Source of the DNA: an uncultured Alphaproteobacteria bacterium
GTDB lineage: Bacteria; Pseudomonadota; Alphaproteobacteria; CAAHEQ01; UBA3637
Assembly (NCBI GenBank): GCA_944392795.1
Contig: CALXXX010000024.1
Span: forward strand, 215-64,214
DNA: 64,000 bases
Direction of reading: 5' to 3'
The position numbers were made by a program, and so were the translations under genes. The notes under the pieces were generated by a model. It searched no databases. It saw nothing but the letters and a program-made list of their open reading frames with translations, and was not told the DNA's origin. Positions 1-7,995 of this stretch are shown here, piece by piece (position 1 is the stretch's first letter; the number at the start of each line of letters is the position of its first letter).

Positions 1-158
1 TTTTGTCATAAAATCGCCTCTTACAATTTATAATTTATATCAATTTATAATTTATATTATATTCCACAAATTAACCATTATCTATGTAATTTATATCTAT
101 ACAATTTAATTATTACTTTTCAAGAAATATATGAAAAATTCTTTTAAATATTTTAAAG

Positions 159-716
159 TCAAATTATTGTGCTACGTGGTTGACAACCGCAATAAGTTTG
201 TCTGTAGAGTTGTAGCTCTTTTTGCATAGTTTGTCGAATTTGCTCTAATCCTCCCTTGCGCCAATTCACAGGAAAATAAGAAACAGAACTCTTCTCAAAA
301 GCCCTGTTTGCAGCACGATTAACTTGGTCAAAATCTTTATACTTTGAAACGCCTAACACACTTGATACAGCTTTAAAACCATGCTCTTGCGCATATTTTG
401 CAACTTTCCGCAAACGCATTTCAAAACAAATATCACAACGTTTTCCTCGCTCTGGTTCGGATAAAAGTCCTTTCGTTTTTTCACACCAACGTTCATTATC
501 ATATTCTAAAGAAACAAAAGGTACGCTAAACTTCTTACATAGTTTTTCATTTTCTTGCCGTCTTCGTTCATATTCCTCAAAAGGACGAATATTGGGATTA
601 TAAAAAATAACTGTAAAATTAATGCCAATCTTAGACAAATGCTGAATAACAGCACAAGAGCAAGGAGCACAGCAAGACAAAAGGAGCAAAGGTTCTGGTA
701 AATTAACCTCGAACAT
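159..716 (-). CDS. queH: Epoxyqueuosine reductase QueH (DUF208)
   Basis: LLLLSCCAPCS, CDIC and YRQTYCGC motifs. Start moved from the track's 797 to ATG 716, which has GAGAGGAA upstream and overlaps the stop of the preceding ORF. Confidence 0.88.
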   Translation of the reverse strand: MFEVNLPEPLLLLSCCAPCSCAVIQHLSKIGINFTVIFYNPNIRPFEEYERRRQENEKLCKKFSVPFVSLEYDNERWCEKTKGLLSEPERGKRCDICFEMRLRKVAKYAQEHGFKAVSSVLGVSKYKDFDQVNRAANRAFEKSSVSYFPVNWRKGGLEQIRQTMQKELQLYRQTYCGCQPRSTII

Positions 717-1647
717 GAGCTTCCTCTCGAGCAAAATATAACTGTCCCGTCCAACAATCCTCTCCCTCCCACAAATTTTGAGGATTAGATTGCTCAATCA
801 ACTCAGACAACCCATTAAACAAATCTTTTTTTCCAGAAAGACATCCTTCCAATGGCCAGTGCGGATGATAAACAACTGCTCGACGAGCTGTATTCATAAC
901 TTCAATTGCTTTTCTTTCCATAACTTCATCTGAAATAACAGGAGAATCATCAAACTCTTCAAAACCATCAACTAAAATTTTATGATATGCTTTCTGTCTA
1001 ATACTCGTTTCTTCACTTTTGTAAATGTCAGATAAAACAGGTTCTATCAAAGAAAAAAAATACTCCGGAACTCCCTTCATATACTGAGTAAACTTTTTCT
1101 TTAAGCAATGTCGCTTTTTAATTAAGTCAGCTTTGAGTTTAAAATCATCTGTTGCTTTAATTGTATAATGCATTTGCTGTAAAGTCTGGCAAATGATTTC
1201 TCCCCCTACAAAAAAGAAATTACGTGCGTTAGAATTTCGAGCTCCCCAATAATTACTTTTATTCATTTGTTTTATTTTTTGAAAAAATTCAATTGGATAA
1301 TAAAAGCTATTCATTTCTTGAGAACGCTTTTCCATTTTTTTCAAGCTCCAAGGTAAAACCATAGCATGCATCAGATCATAATCAATTTCTGGACGAATCT
1401 GTTTTAGTTCATTAAATTCTTGAAGCTCATAAGTTATGGCTGTTAATACATGTTCAGAGCTACAAACTTCATTTTCTCCCCGGCTAAAATCATTTTCTAA
1501 GCTCAATCGTTGAATAAAATCATGATATTCTTTTGTCGACATCAGCCCCAAATACAGAAAAACAGCCGGATGATAATTTCCATCTTTAATATACTTAAAG
1601 AAAGGATTACGACGAGGCCTTAAATTTTTACCAAAGAACGAAGCCAT
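703..1647 (-). CDS. Hypothetical protein (314 aa)
   Basis: Long ORF with AGGAGAGG upstream; no recognisable motif; overlaps the queH start by 14 nt. Confidence 0.75.
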   Translation of the reverse strand: MASFFGKNLRPRRNPFFKYIKDGNYHPAVFLYLGLMSTKEYHDFIQRLSLENDFSRGENEVCSSEHVLTAITYELQEFNELKQIRPEIDYDLMHAMVLPWSLKKMEKRSQEMNSFYYPIEFFQKIKQMNKSNYWGARNSNARNFFFVGGEIICQTLQQMHYTIKATDDFKLKADLIKKRHCLKKKFTQYMKGVPEYFFSLIEPVLSDIYKSEETSIRQKAYHKILVDGFEEFDDSPVISDEVMERKAIEVMNTARRAVVYHPHWPLEGCLSGKKDLFNGLSELIEQSNPQNLWEGEDCWTGQLYFAREEAHVRG

Positions 1648-1760
1648 ATTTCCTCTCCTGTTTTTGATAATAGTGTATATATTTTTTATGTTTTTGTCAA
1701 TATTTTCACAAATTTGTTTCGAAATTTTCAGATTATTTTTTTCGAAACTCTGGCCATCCT

Positions 1761-1793
1761 AAAAAATAAAAGGGAAGCTAAAAGCATCCCTTT
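1761..1793 (-). terminator. Probable intrinsic terminator after tRNA-Arg
   Basis: AAAGGGA-T-GCT/AGC-T-TCCCTTT hairpin followed by a T-rich run on the minus strand. Confidence 0.55.
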
Positions 1794-1797
1794 CAAA

Positions 1798-1874
1798 TGG
1801 CGCGCCCAAGAAGATTCGAACTCCTAGCCTTCTGATCCGTAGTCAGATGCTCTATCCAATTGAGCTATGGGCGC
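1798..1874 (-). tRNA. tRNA-Arg(ACG)
   Basis: Reverse complement is GCGCCCATAGCTCAATTGGATAGAGCATCTGACTACGGATCAGAAGGCTAGGAGTTCGAATCTTCTTGGGCGCGCCA: cloverleaf, anticodon ACG, encoded CCA. Confidence 0.97.
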
Positions 1875-1885
1875 AAGATGAGAGT

Positions 1886-1914
1886 GTTATATCTGAATTC
1901 ACCCTGAATTGCAA
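1886..1914 (-). promoter_or_regulatory. Candidate sigma70 promoter of tRNA-Arg
   Basis: TTGCAA-N17-TATAAC on the minus strand just upstream of the tRNA. Confidence 0.55.
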
Positions 1915-1921
1915 GCTTTTT

Positions 1922-2653
1922 TTATGCACATCTTTCATTTATTCTATTATTTAATTCAAAAGGCAAAGAAAAGCGAGATTTAACTTCTGTTTTTTTCATT
2001 AAAAAATTTATATCTAACCCCAGTTTCTGTCCATAGAAAGTAACTTTCTGCTCGAACAGTTCCTCGTTAGTACTTTTAGCCGACTCTGGCCAATACTTTG
2101 AAACTGTTTTCAAAGCATTCTGGAGAGAGTTCATTTGTGTTAGTATTTCAGACCCCATTTCCAAATCCTGAGATTCTAAAACGGCCATACAATTCATACG
2201 ATAAGAATTCCAAACTTGATCTTGATAAATACCACCGATAGAATCGACTGCCCCTAATATATCTGTACAAGTTTCCTGATCATTTTGTTTTTTGGCCTCT
2301 TCATAAGCCGCATATAAAACGGTTAATCCTTTTTCCAATAAGGCAAAAGAATGGGGCGGGAACGAATCGTATGAGACCTGAAAACGAGCTTTCAATGCTT
2401 TCTTTGAAAACTCTTCATCTTGAGTACGCAAGCCAATAAGGACAGAACGGACATTTAAATAATGTTGTGCCGCCGTTAGAACAAACAAATTATTACACGC
2501 AACATCATACAACTCATCATGGGAGGCTTTTTTATCTTCTCGACCTAAAAGGCCTTTTATGGCTTGTTCTATGGAACTCTGCATTTTTGCATTCTCTCCA
2601 TGATCTGTCAAACCCTTGCCTAACATGTCAAAACTCTCCTTTTTTCTTGACAA
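1922..2653 (-). CDS. Hypothetical helical protein (243 aa)
   Basis: Long ORF, AGGAGAG upstream, no family recognised. Confidence 0.75.
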   Translation of the reverse strand: MSRKKESFDMLGKGLTDHGENAKMQSSIEQAIKGLLGREDKKASHDELYDVACNNLFVLTAAQHYLNVRSVLIGLRTQDEEFSKKALKARFQVSYDSFPPHSFALLEKGLTVLYAAYEEAKKQNDQETCTDILGAVDSIGGIYQDQVWNSYRMNCMAVLESQDLEMGSEILTQMNSLQNALKTVSKYWPESAKSTNEELFEQKVTFYGQKLGLDINFLMKKTEVKSRFSLPFELNNRINERCA

Positions 2654-3089
2654 TTTTTACTCTTTTTCAAACGGGAATAAAAATCCATTATAACGAAAGC
2701 AGTGATTCATGTCAAGAAAAAATTAACAAAAAGTTAATAAAATGATTTTATCGAAAAGTTTATAAAAAAATCTTTACTTTCCAACAAGAAAACAGAAAAA
2801 AAAATTTAAAAAAACGACTCTAAAACTAACCTATTTATGTATTCAAGCGAATCATTTGAAAAAAAATGAACAAACAAAAATAAGCTTACAAAGCATTTCG
2901 AAACCAAACAATTCAGAGTGCCTATTTTTTTCTAAAAACAATTCATGTTGACATCATAGGTAAAAAATAGGAAAAAGGCTTGCTATTTTTTTTATTTTGT
3001 TATATAAGGGAGTCCTTAACGGCTAAAAAGGCTATGGGATGCCTTCAGGCTAAAAGTTTTAACGTTAATAAAATAATAAAGGATAAAAA

Positions 3090-3284
3090 ATGCCCAAATT
3101 AAAAACAAAATCTGCCGTGAAAAAGCGGTTTTCTTTAACTGCAACCGGCAAAATCAAAAGAACAACGGCCTTCAAACGCCATTGCTTAGCTTGTAAAACA
3201 ACAAAAATGAAACGTCAGGCACGTGGTGGTCGCATTTTAGATGTGACGAATTTTAAAACAGTCGAACGTTTTATGAACGGTTAA
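3090..3284 (+). CDS. rpmI: 50S ribosomal protein L35
   Basis: [14 protein letters not shown] signature; directly upstream of rplT. Confidence 0.95.
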   Translation: MPKLKTKSAVKKRFSLTATGKIKRTTAFKRHCLACKTTKMKRQARGGRILDVTNFKTVERFMNG

Positions 3285-3298
3285 AAGGAGTTTGAAAA

Positions 3299-3658
3299 AT
3301 GGCTAGAGTAAAAAGAGGCGTTGTTTCTCACGCTAAACATAAAAAAATCTTGGATTTGGCAAAAGGCTATAGAGGCCGCAACTCCAAAGTTTACACTGTT
3401 GCAAAAGAAAAAGTTGAAAAAGCTTTAGTTTATGCCTATCGTGATCGCCGTCGGAAGAAAAGTAATTTCCGCTCTTTGTGGATTGCTCGTATCAACGCAG
3501 GCGTCCGGGCTGAAGGCTTAACTTATTCCCGATTTATGAACGGGCTGAGACAGGCCGGAATTGAACTGGACCGCAAGGTTTTAGCAGATATTGCTTTAAA
3601 TGATGCGACAAGCTTTGCCGGTTTGGTTGAAAAAGCCAAGACGGCATTAAAAGTGTAA
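3299..3658 (+). CDS. rplT: 50S ribosomal protein L20
   Basis: [34 protein letters not shown]. Confidence 0.98.
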   Translation: MARVKRGVVSHAKHKKILDLAKGYRGRNSKVYTVAKEKVEKALVYAYRDRRRKKSNFRSLWIARINAGVRAEGLTYSRFMNGLRQAGIELDRKVLADIALNDATSFAGLVEKAKTALKV

Positions 3659-3677
3659 AAAAACACGCTAAAAAAAG

Positions 3678-3715
3678 AAAAGGCCGTTGCAAAAAACGGC
3701 CTTTTTTATTATGCT
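3678..3715 (+). terminator. rplT terminator overlapping a candidate pheS promoter
   Basis: AAAAGGCCGTT/AACGGCCTTTT hairpin plus T-run; TTGCAA(3687)-N17-TATGCT(3710) is embedded in it. Confidence 0.7.
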
Positions 3716-3745
3716 ATAGTATCCAAAAATAAAGGGGATATAAAA

Positions 3746-4831
3746 ATGAGTAAAGTAGAGGAAATCAAACCACAAATTTTAACAAGAATTAATGAAGCGT
3801 CTTCATTACAAGGGTTAGAAGATATCCGCATTTCTGTTCTGGGAAAGAAAGGTGAAATCACAGAAATGATGAAAACACTTGGCAGTTTACCTCCCGAAGA
3901 AAGAAAGCTTGCTGGACAAGCTTTAAATGAGCTTAAAACTGAAATCACGGCAGCCCTAGACGCAAAAAAAACAGCTTTAGAAGAAGCCGAACTTAATCAC
4001 CGCTTAGAAACGGAAGTCATAGATGTCACTCTTCCTATTCGCCCGACACATCAAGGACGTATTCATCCTGTTAGTCAAGTGATGGAAGAAATGCTCACTA
4101 TCTTTGCCCAAATGGGTTTCGATTTAGCAGAAGGCCCAGATATCGAAGATGACTGGCATTGTTTCGAAGCTTTAAATTTTCCCCCTTCTCATCCTGCACG
4201 TCAAATGCAAGCCACTTTCTTTATGGAAAATACAAATGGAAATGTATTAAGAACACATACATCTCCGGTTCAAATTCGTGCGATGGAAAACCAAAAACCG
4301 CCTATTCGGATTGTTGCTCCAGGACGGACTTATCGTTGCGACTATGATATGACACACACGCCAATGTTCCATCAAATTGAAGGACTGGTGATTGACACAG
4401 AAACAAACATGGGCCATTTAAAAGGTGTTCTAGCTGATTTCATGAAAAAGTTTTTTGAAGTGGATGATGTTCCTATTCGTTTTCGTCCCTCTTTTTTCCC
4501 GTTTACAGAACCTTCTGCGGAAGTTGATATTGGTTGTTCACGCGAAAATGGTGAATTTAAAATTGAAAGCGGCAAAGGTTGGATGGAAGTATTAGGATGT
4601 GGAATGGTTCATCCTAATGTTCTTAAGAATTGTGGTTTAGATCCAGAAGTTTATCAAGGATTTGCTTTTGGTTTTGGTGTTGACCGTTTTGCAATGTTAA
4701 AATATGGCATTCCAGATTTACGCGGTTTCTTTGATGCTGATATGCGTTGGTTAAAGCATTATGGTTTTATTCCTCTGGACATTCCGACAATTACAAGTGG
4801 TTTAAGCGCGAATGGAGGCGCAAAAAGATGA
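3746..4831 (+). CDS. pheS: Phenylalanine--tRNA ligase alpha subunit
   Basis: LRTHTSPVQIR, FHQIEGL, RFRPSFFPFTEPS, GFAFGFGVDR. Confidence 0.98.
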   Translation: MSKVEEIKPQILTRINEASSLQGLEDIRISVLGKKGEITEMMKTLGSLPPEERKLAGQALNELKTEITAALDAKKTALEEAELNHRLETEVIDVTLPIRPTHQGRIHPVSQVMEEMLTIFAQMGFDLAEGPDIEDDWHCFEALNFPPSHPARQMQATFFMENTNGNVLRTHTSPVQIRAMENQKPPIRIVAPGRTYRCDYDMTHTPMFHQIEGLVIDTETNMGHLKGVLADFMKKFFEVDDVPIRFRPSFFPFTEPSAEVDIGCSRENGEFKIESGKGWMEVLGCGMVHPNVLKNCGLDPEVYQGFAFGFGVDRFAMLKYGIPDLRGFFDADMRWLKHYGFIPLDIPTITSGLSANGGAKR

Positions 4832-7188
4832 AATTTTCTCTTTCTTGGTTAAAAGATTATTTAGATACAACAGCATCTGCAACAGATATTTCTGAAACCC
4901 TGACTCGTATTGGATTAGAAGTTGAAGAAATGACAGATACAGCCTCTGCGTTAAAAGACTTTATCGTAGGAGAAATCAAAACAGTTGAAAAACATCCTAA
5001 TGCAGACAAGCTGAATTTACTGACTGTCTGGACAGGAAAAGAAAGTTTACAAATTGTTTGTGGAGCTCCCAATTGTCGTGTTGGTATGAAAAGTGTTCTA
5101 GCCTTACCCGGTGTTATGATTCCGAAATATGGTGAAAAACTAGAAAAAGGTGTTATTCGTGGTATAGAAAGTCAAGGAATGATGTGTGCGGAAGATGAAC
5201 TTTGCCTTGGCGCAGACCATACCGGCATTATTGACTTAAAAACAGACTTACCTGCAGGAACTCCTTTTGTGGATATTTTGCAACCGGATATCATCTTCGA
5301 TGTAAATGTAACTCCTAATCGAGGTGATTGTTTCGGTGTTAAAGGAATTGCACGAGATTTAGCTGCTGCTGGATTAGGGACACTCAAAAAAACAGATGTA
5401 TCTCCAGTTTCTGGAACATTCAAAAGCCCGGTCAATGTCACAATTGAAACGCCAGATTGCCCCGTATTCGTTGCTCGTTATATTAAAGGAGTTAAAAATG
5501 TTGAAAGTCCGGCCTGGCTAAAAAAGAAACTAATTGCTGCTGGCTTACGTCCTATTTCCGCGTTAGTAGATGTGACTAACTACTTCAATATTGGCGAAAA
5601 TAGGCCTCTTCATGTCTTTGACGCAGATAAATTAACGGGAAATTTATGCGTTCGCTCTGCGAAAGATGGAGAAAAGTTAGATGCGCTAGATGAGCGAACT
5701 TATACCTTAAAAGAAGGTATGATCGTTGTTGCGGATGAAACAGGACCTCAGAGTATCGCCGGTGTTATGGGAGGAACTCCTACAGGATGTAGCTCTGAAA
5801 CGGTCAATGTTGTTTTAGAATCAGCCTATTTTAATCCCATTTCCATCGCAAAAACAGGTCGCGAATTAAATGCTGAATCAGATTCCAGAACTCGTTTCGA
5901 ACGAGGAATTGATCCTAAAGCAACTATTCAAGGAGCAGAAAATGCAACACGGTTAATTTTAGATATTTGTGGAGGAGAAGCTTCTGAACTTGTTATTGCT
6001 GGTGCTGAACCCAATGAAAAACGAGTTATCAATTTCAATTGGAGTACTGTCAACAAACTGTGTGGCATGGATATTGCAAAAGAAAAGATGATTGAAATTT
6101 TAACTCATTTAGGGTTTGAAATCAGTGGTAATGCTATCACTGTTCCTTCATGGCGTTTAAATGATATTCGATATCCAGCCGATATTGTAGAAGAAATCGT
6201 TCGTATTTACGGCTACGATTCTTTGCCTGCTTTATCCATGAAGACAGATGAAATTATTACATCAACTTTAAAGCCTCATCAAAAAAATGAGATTGCTGTC
6301 CGTAGAGCTTTAGCAAATGAAGGCCTATATCAAGCTATCACTTGGTCTTTCATGGACAGTCGTCTTGCCGCTTTATTTGGTTCAAAAGGCTTAAAAATTT
6401 TAAATCCGATTGCTTCTGATTTAGATGAAGTACGTCCTTCTCTTGTTCCAAACTTATTATCTGCGGTTAAACGGAACAACGATAGAGGTATCGCTGATGT
6501 TGCTTTATTTGAAGTCGGCCCAGCATTTACAGGTGTTCAACCAGGAGAACAAAAAACAATTGCCTGTGCTATTCGTTCAGGAAAAACAGGACCAAGACAT
6601 TGGGCAGAAAAAGAACGTTTTATTGATACTTTTGATGCAAAATCAGATGCTATTGCTGCTTTAGCTGCTGTTAACGCACCGATTTCCAGTCTTCAAGTAT
6701 TTAAAAATGCACCAGCTTGGTATCATCCTGGTCGTTCGGGTGCTTTATGCTTAGGGAAAACAGTCTTAGCTGTCTTTGGTGAATTACATCCTAAAATTTT
6801 AAGCGCTTTTGATGTAAAAGGACCTATCGTGGCATGTGAGGTCTATCTAGATGCTGTTCCTCCGACTAAAAATAAGGTTAAGAATAAAGCCTTAAAACTT
6901 TCAGCGTTAATGCCATTAACACGAGATTTTGCTTTTGTCATGGAACAAAATGTAGACGCAGCAAAGCTTTTAAATGCAATCAAAGGCTTAGATAAAGAGC
7001 TTATTGAAGATGTGCGTATCTTTGACGTCTATCAAGGAGATAAGCTCCCAAAAGGAAAAAAATCTCTTGCCGTAGAAGTTGTTATTCAACCTAAAGAAAA
7101 AACACTCACGGATGAAGAAATTGAGCTGTTATCTCAGCGTATCATTGGTATAGCTGCCAAAGTTGCAGGTGCCGAACTAAGAGCATAA
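4828..7188 (+). CDS. pheT: Phenylalanine--tRNA ligase beta subunit
   Basis: MKFSLSWLKDY, IVCGAPN, TPNRGDC, RFERGID; ATGA overlap with the pheS stop, so the start is 4828 rather than the track's 4747. Confidence 0.98.
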   Translation: MKFSLSWLKDYLDTTASATDISETLTRIGLEVEEMTDTASALKDFIVGEIKTVEKHPNADKLNLLTVWTGKESLQIVCGAPNCRVGMKSVLALPGVMIPKYGEKLEKGVIRGIESQGMMCAEDELCLGADHTGIIDLKTDLPAGTPFVDILQPDIIFDVNVTPNRGDCFGVKGIARDLAAAGLGTLKKTDVSPVSGTFKSPVNVTIETPDCPVFVARYIKGVKNVESPAWLKKKLIAAGLRPISALVDVTNYFNIGENRPLHVFDADKLTGNLCVRSAKDGEKLDALDERTYTLKEGMIVVADETGPQSIAGVMGGTPTGCSSETVNVVLESAYFNPISIAKTGRELNAESDSRTRFERGIDPKATIQGAENATRLILDICGGEASELVIAGAEPNEKRVINFNWSTVNKLCGMDIAKEKMIEILTHLGFEISGNAITVPSWRLNDIRYPADIVEEIVRIYGYDSLPALSMKTDEIITSTLKPHQKNEIAVRRALANEGLYQAITWSFMDSRLAALFGSKGLKILNPIASDLDEVRPSLVPNLLSAVKRNNDRGIADVALFEVGPAFTGVQPGEQKTIACAIRSGKTGPRHWAEKERFIDTFDAKSDAIAALAAVNAPISSLQVFKNAPAWYHPGRSGALCLGKTVLAVFGELHPKILSAFDVKGPIVACEVYLDAVPPTKNKVKNKALKLSALMPLTRDFAFVMEQNVDAAKLLNAIKGLDKELIEDVRIFDVYQGDKLPKGKKSLAVEVVIQPKEKTLTDEEIELLSQRIIGIAAKVAGAELRA

Positions 7189-7202
7189 AAAGCAATACTT
7201 TT

Positions 7203-7231
7203 AAAAGCCTCTCTTTTGAGAGGCTTTTTTT
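7203..7231 (+). terminator. Intrinsic terminator after pheT
   Basis: AAAAGCCTCTC-TTTT-GAGAGGCTTTT plus T-run. Confidence 0.85.
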
Positions 7232-7249
7232 TATATTAATAACAAAAAT

Positions 7250-7278
7250 TTGACTATTCTTTTCACCTTACATATAAT
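7250..7278 (+). promoter_or_regulatory. Near-consensus sigma70 promoter
   Basis: TTGACT-N17-TATAAT, followed by SD-like AAGAGAGG at 7293-7300. Confidence 0.75.
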
Positions 7279-7350
7279 TAATTCATAGAATTAAGAGAGG
7301 ATTCGCTAATTTACATACTCATTTTTATATTTGCATGTGAATCTCTTTCA

Positions 7351-7878
7351 ATGGCAAAAACAATTAATCGAAAAGCTTACAAAGTTTTCAAAGAACAAGT
7401 AACTGCCTATTGGAATGGATCTTCCGCTGGATGTTGTGATACGACAGCTAATTATGCTTTAGTCAAAAATTATATTGATGATCAAACAGAAACACCTTAT
7501 ATCTGTTGCAAGCGTCAGGAAGACGACGGAGACTATACTGATTATACAGTAGTAGGTGCAGTCAATGGAACGTGTTGTGGTGAATATGCTAAAAATGAGT
7601 ACAGCATGATAACCCCAGATGATGCTGATCCAAGCAAAGAAGCAATAGTTCATTTTTCACATACAGAAACTTTTTCCGTTCAAAAAAATCAAGGGGATTA
7701 TTATTGTGGATCAGAATATAAATACATTATAACATATAAAGGAGAAACAACCACTAATGTAGAAACAAAGCTTGTCACACCAGAAAAATGGTGTTTTTAC
7801 AATTATCTTGATCCAAGTGGAAATTACTGTGTATGCAGTTCAACAGGCGATCCTGAAAACGGAGAAATTTGCAGTTAA
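7351..7878 (+). CDS. Cys-rich, probably exported protein (true start may be ATT 7309)
   Basis: 11 Cys including three CC doublets. The frame is open upstream and encodes the hydrophobic IYILIFIFACESLSMA. Confidence 0.7.
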   Translation: MAKTINRKAYKVFKEQVTAYWNGSSAGCCDTTANYALVKNYIDDQTETPYICCKRQEDDGDYTDYTVVGAVNGTCCGEYAKNEYSMITPDDADPSKEAIVHFSHTETFSVQKNQGDYYCGSEYKYIITYKGETTTNVETKLVTPEKWCFYNYLDPSGNYCVCSSTGDPENGEICS

Positions 7879-7995
7879 ATAACTTTTTTTACTTTTAGAT
7901 TATTTATTTTTTTCAAAGTCTTGTAAAAAAGTTCACGCTTGACCTCTAATTCTCTCAATGAGAAGTATCAAGTTTTTTAATAAAATTACTATGGA

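Noticed and set aside
680-690. QueH LLLLSCC instead of LLLHSCC
   Set aside because: All Cys ligands are retained; I cannot support a functional consequence.
1798-1830. tRNA 3' end as an integration site (att)
   Set aside because: No duplicate of the tRNA end and no integrase seen in the window.
3009-3050. Possible L20-binding leader before rpmI (AAGGC/GCCTT hairpin with potential loop pairing)
   Set aside because: Only 5 bp plus a 4-nt pairing; cannot be told from chance without covariation.
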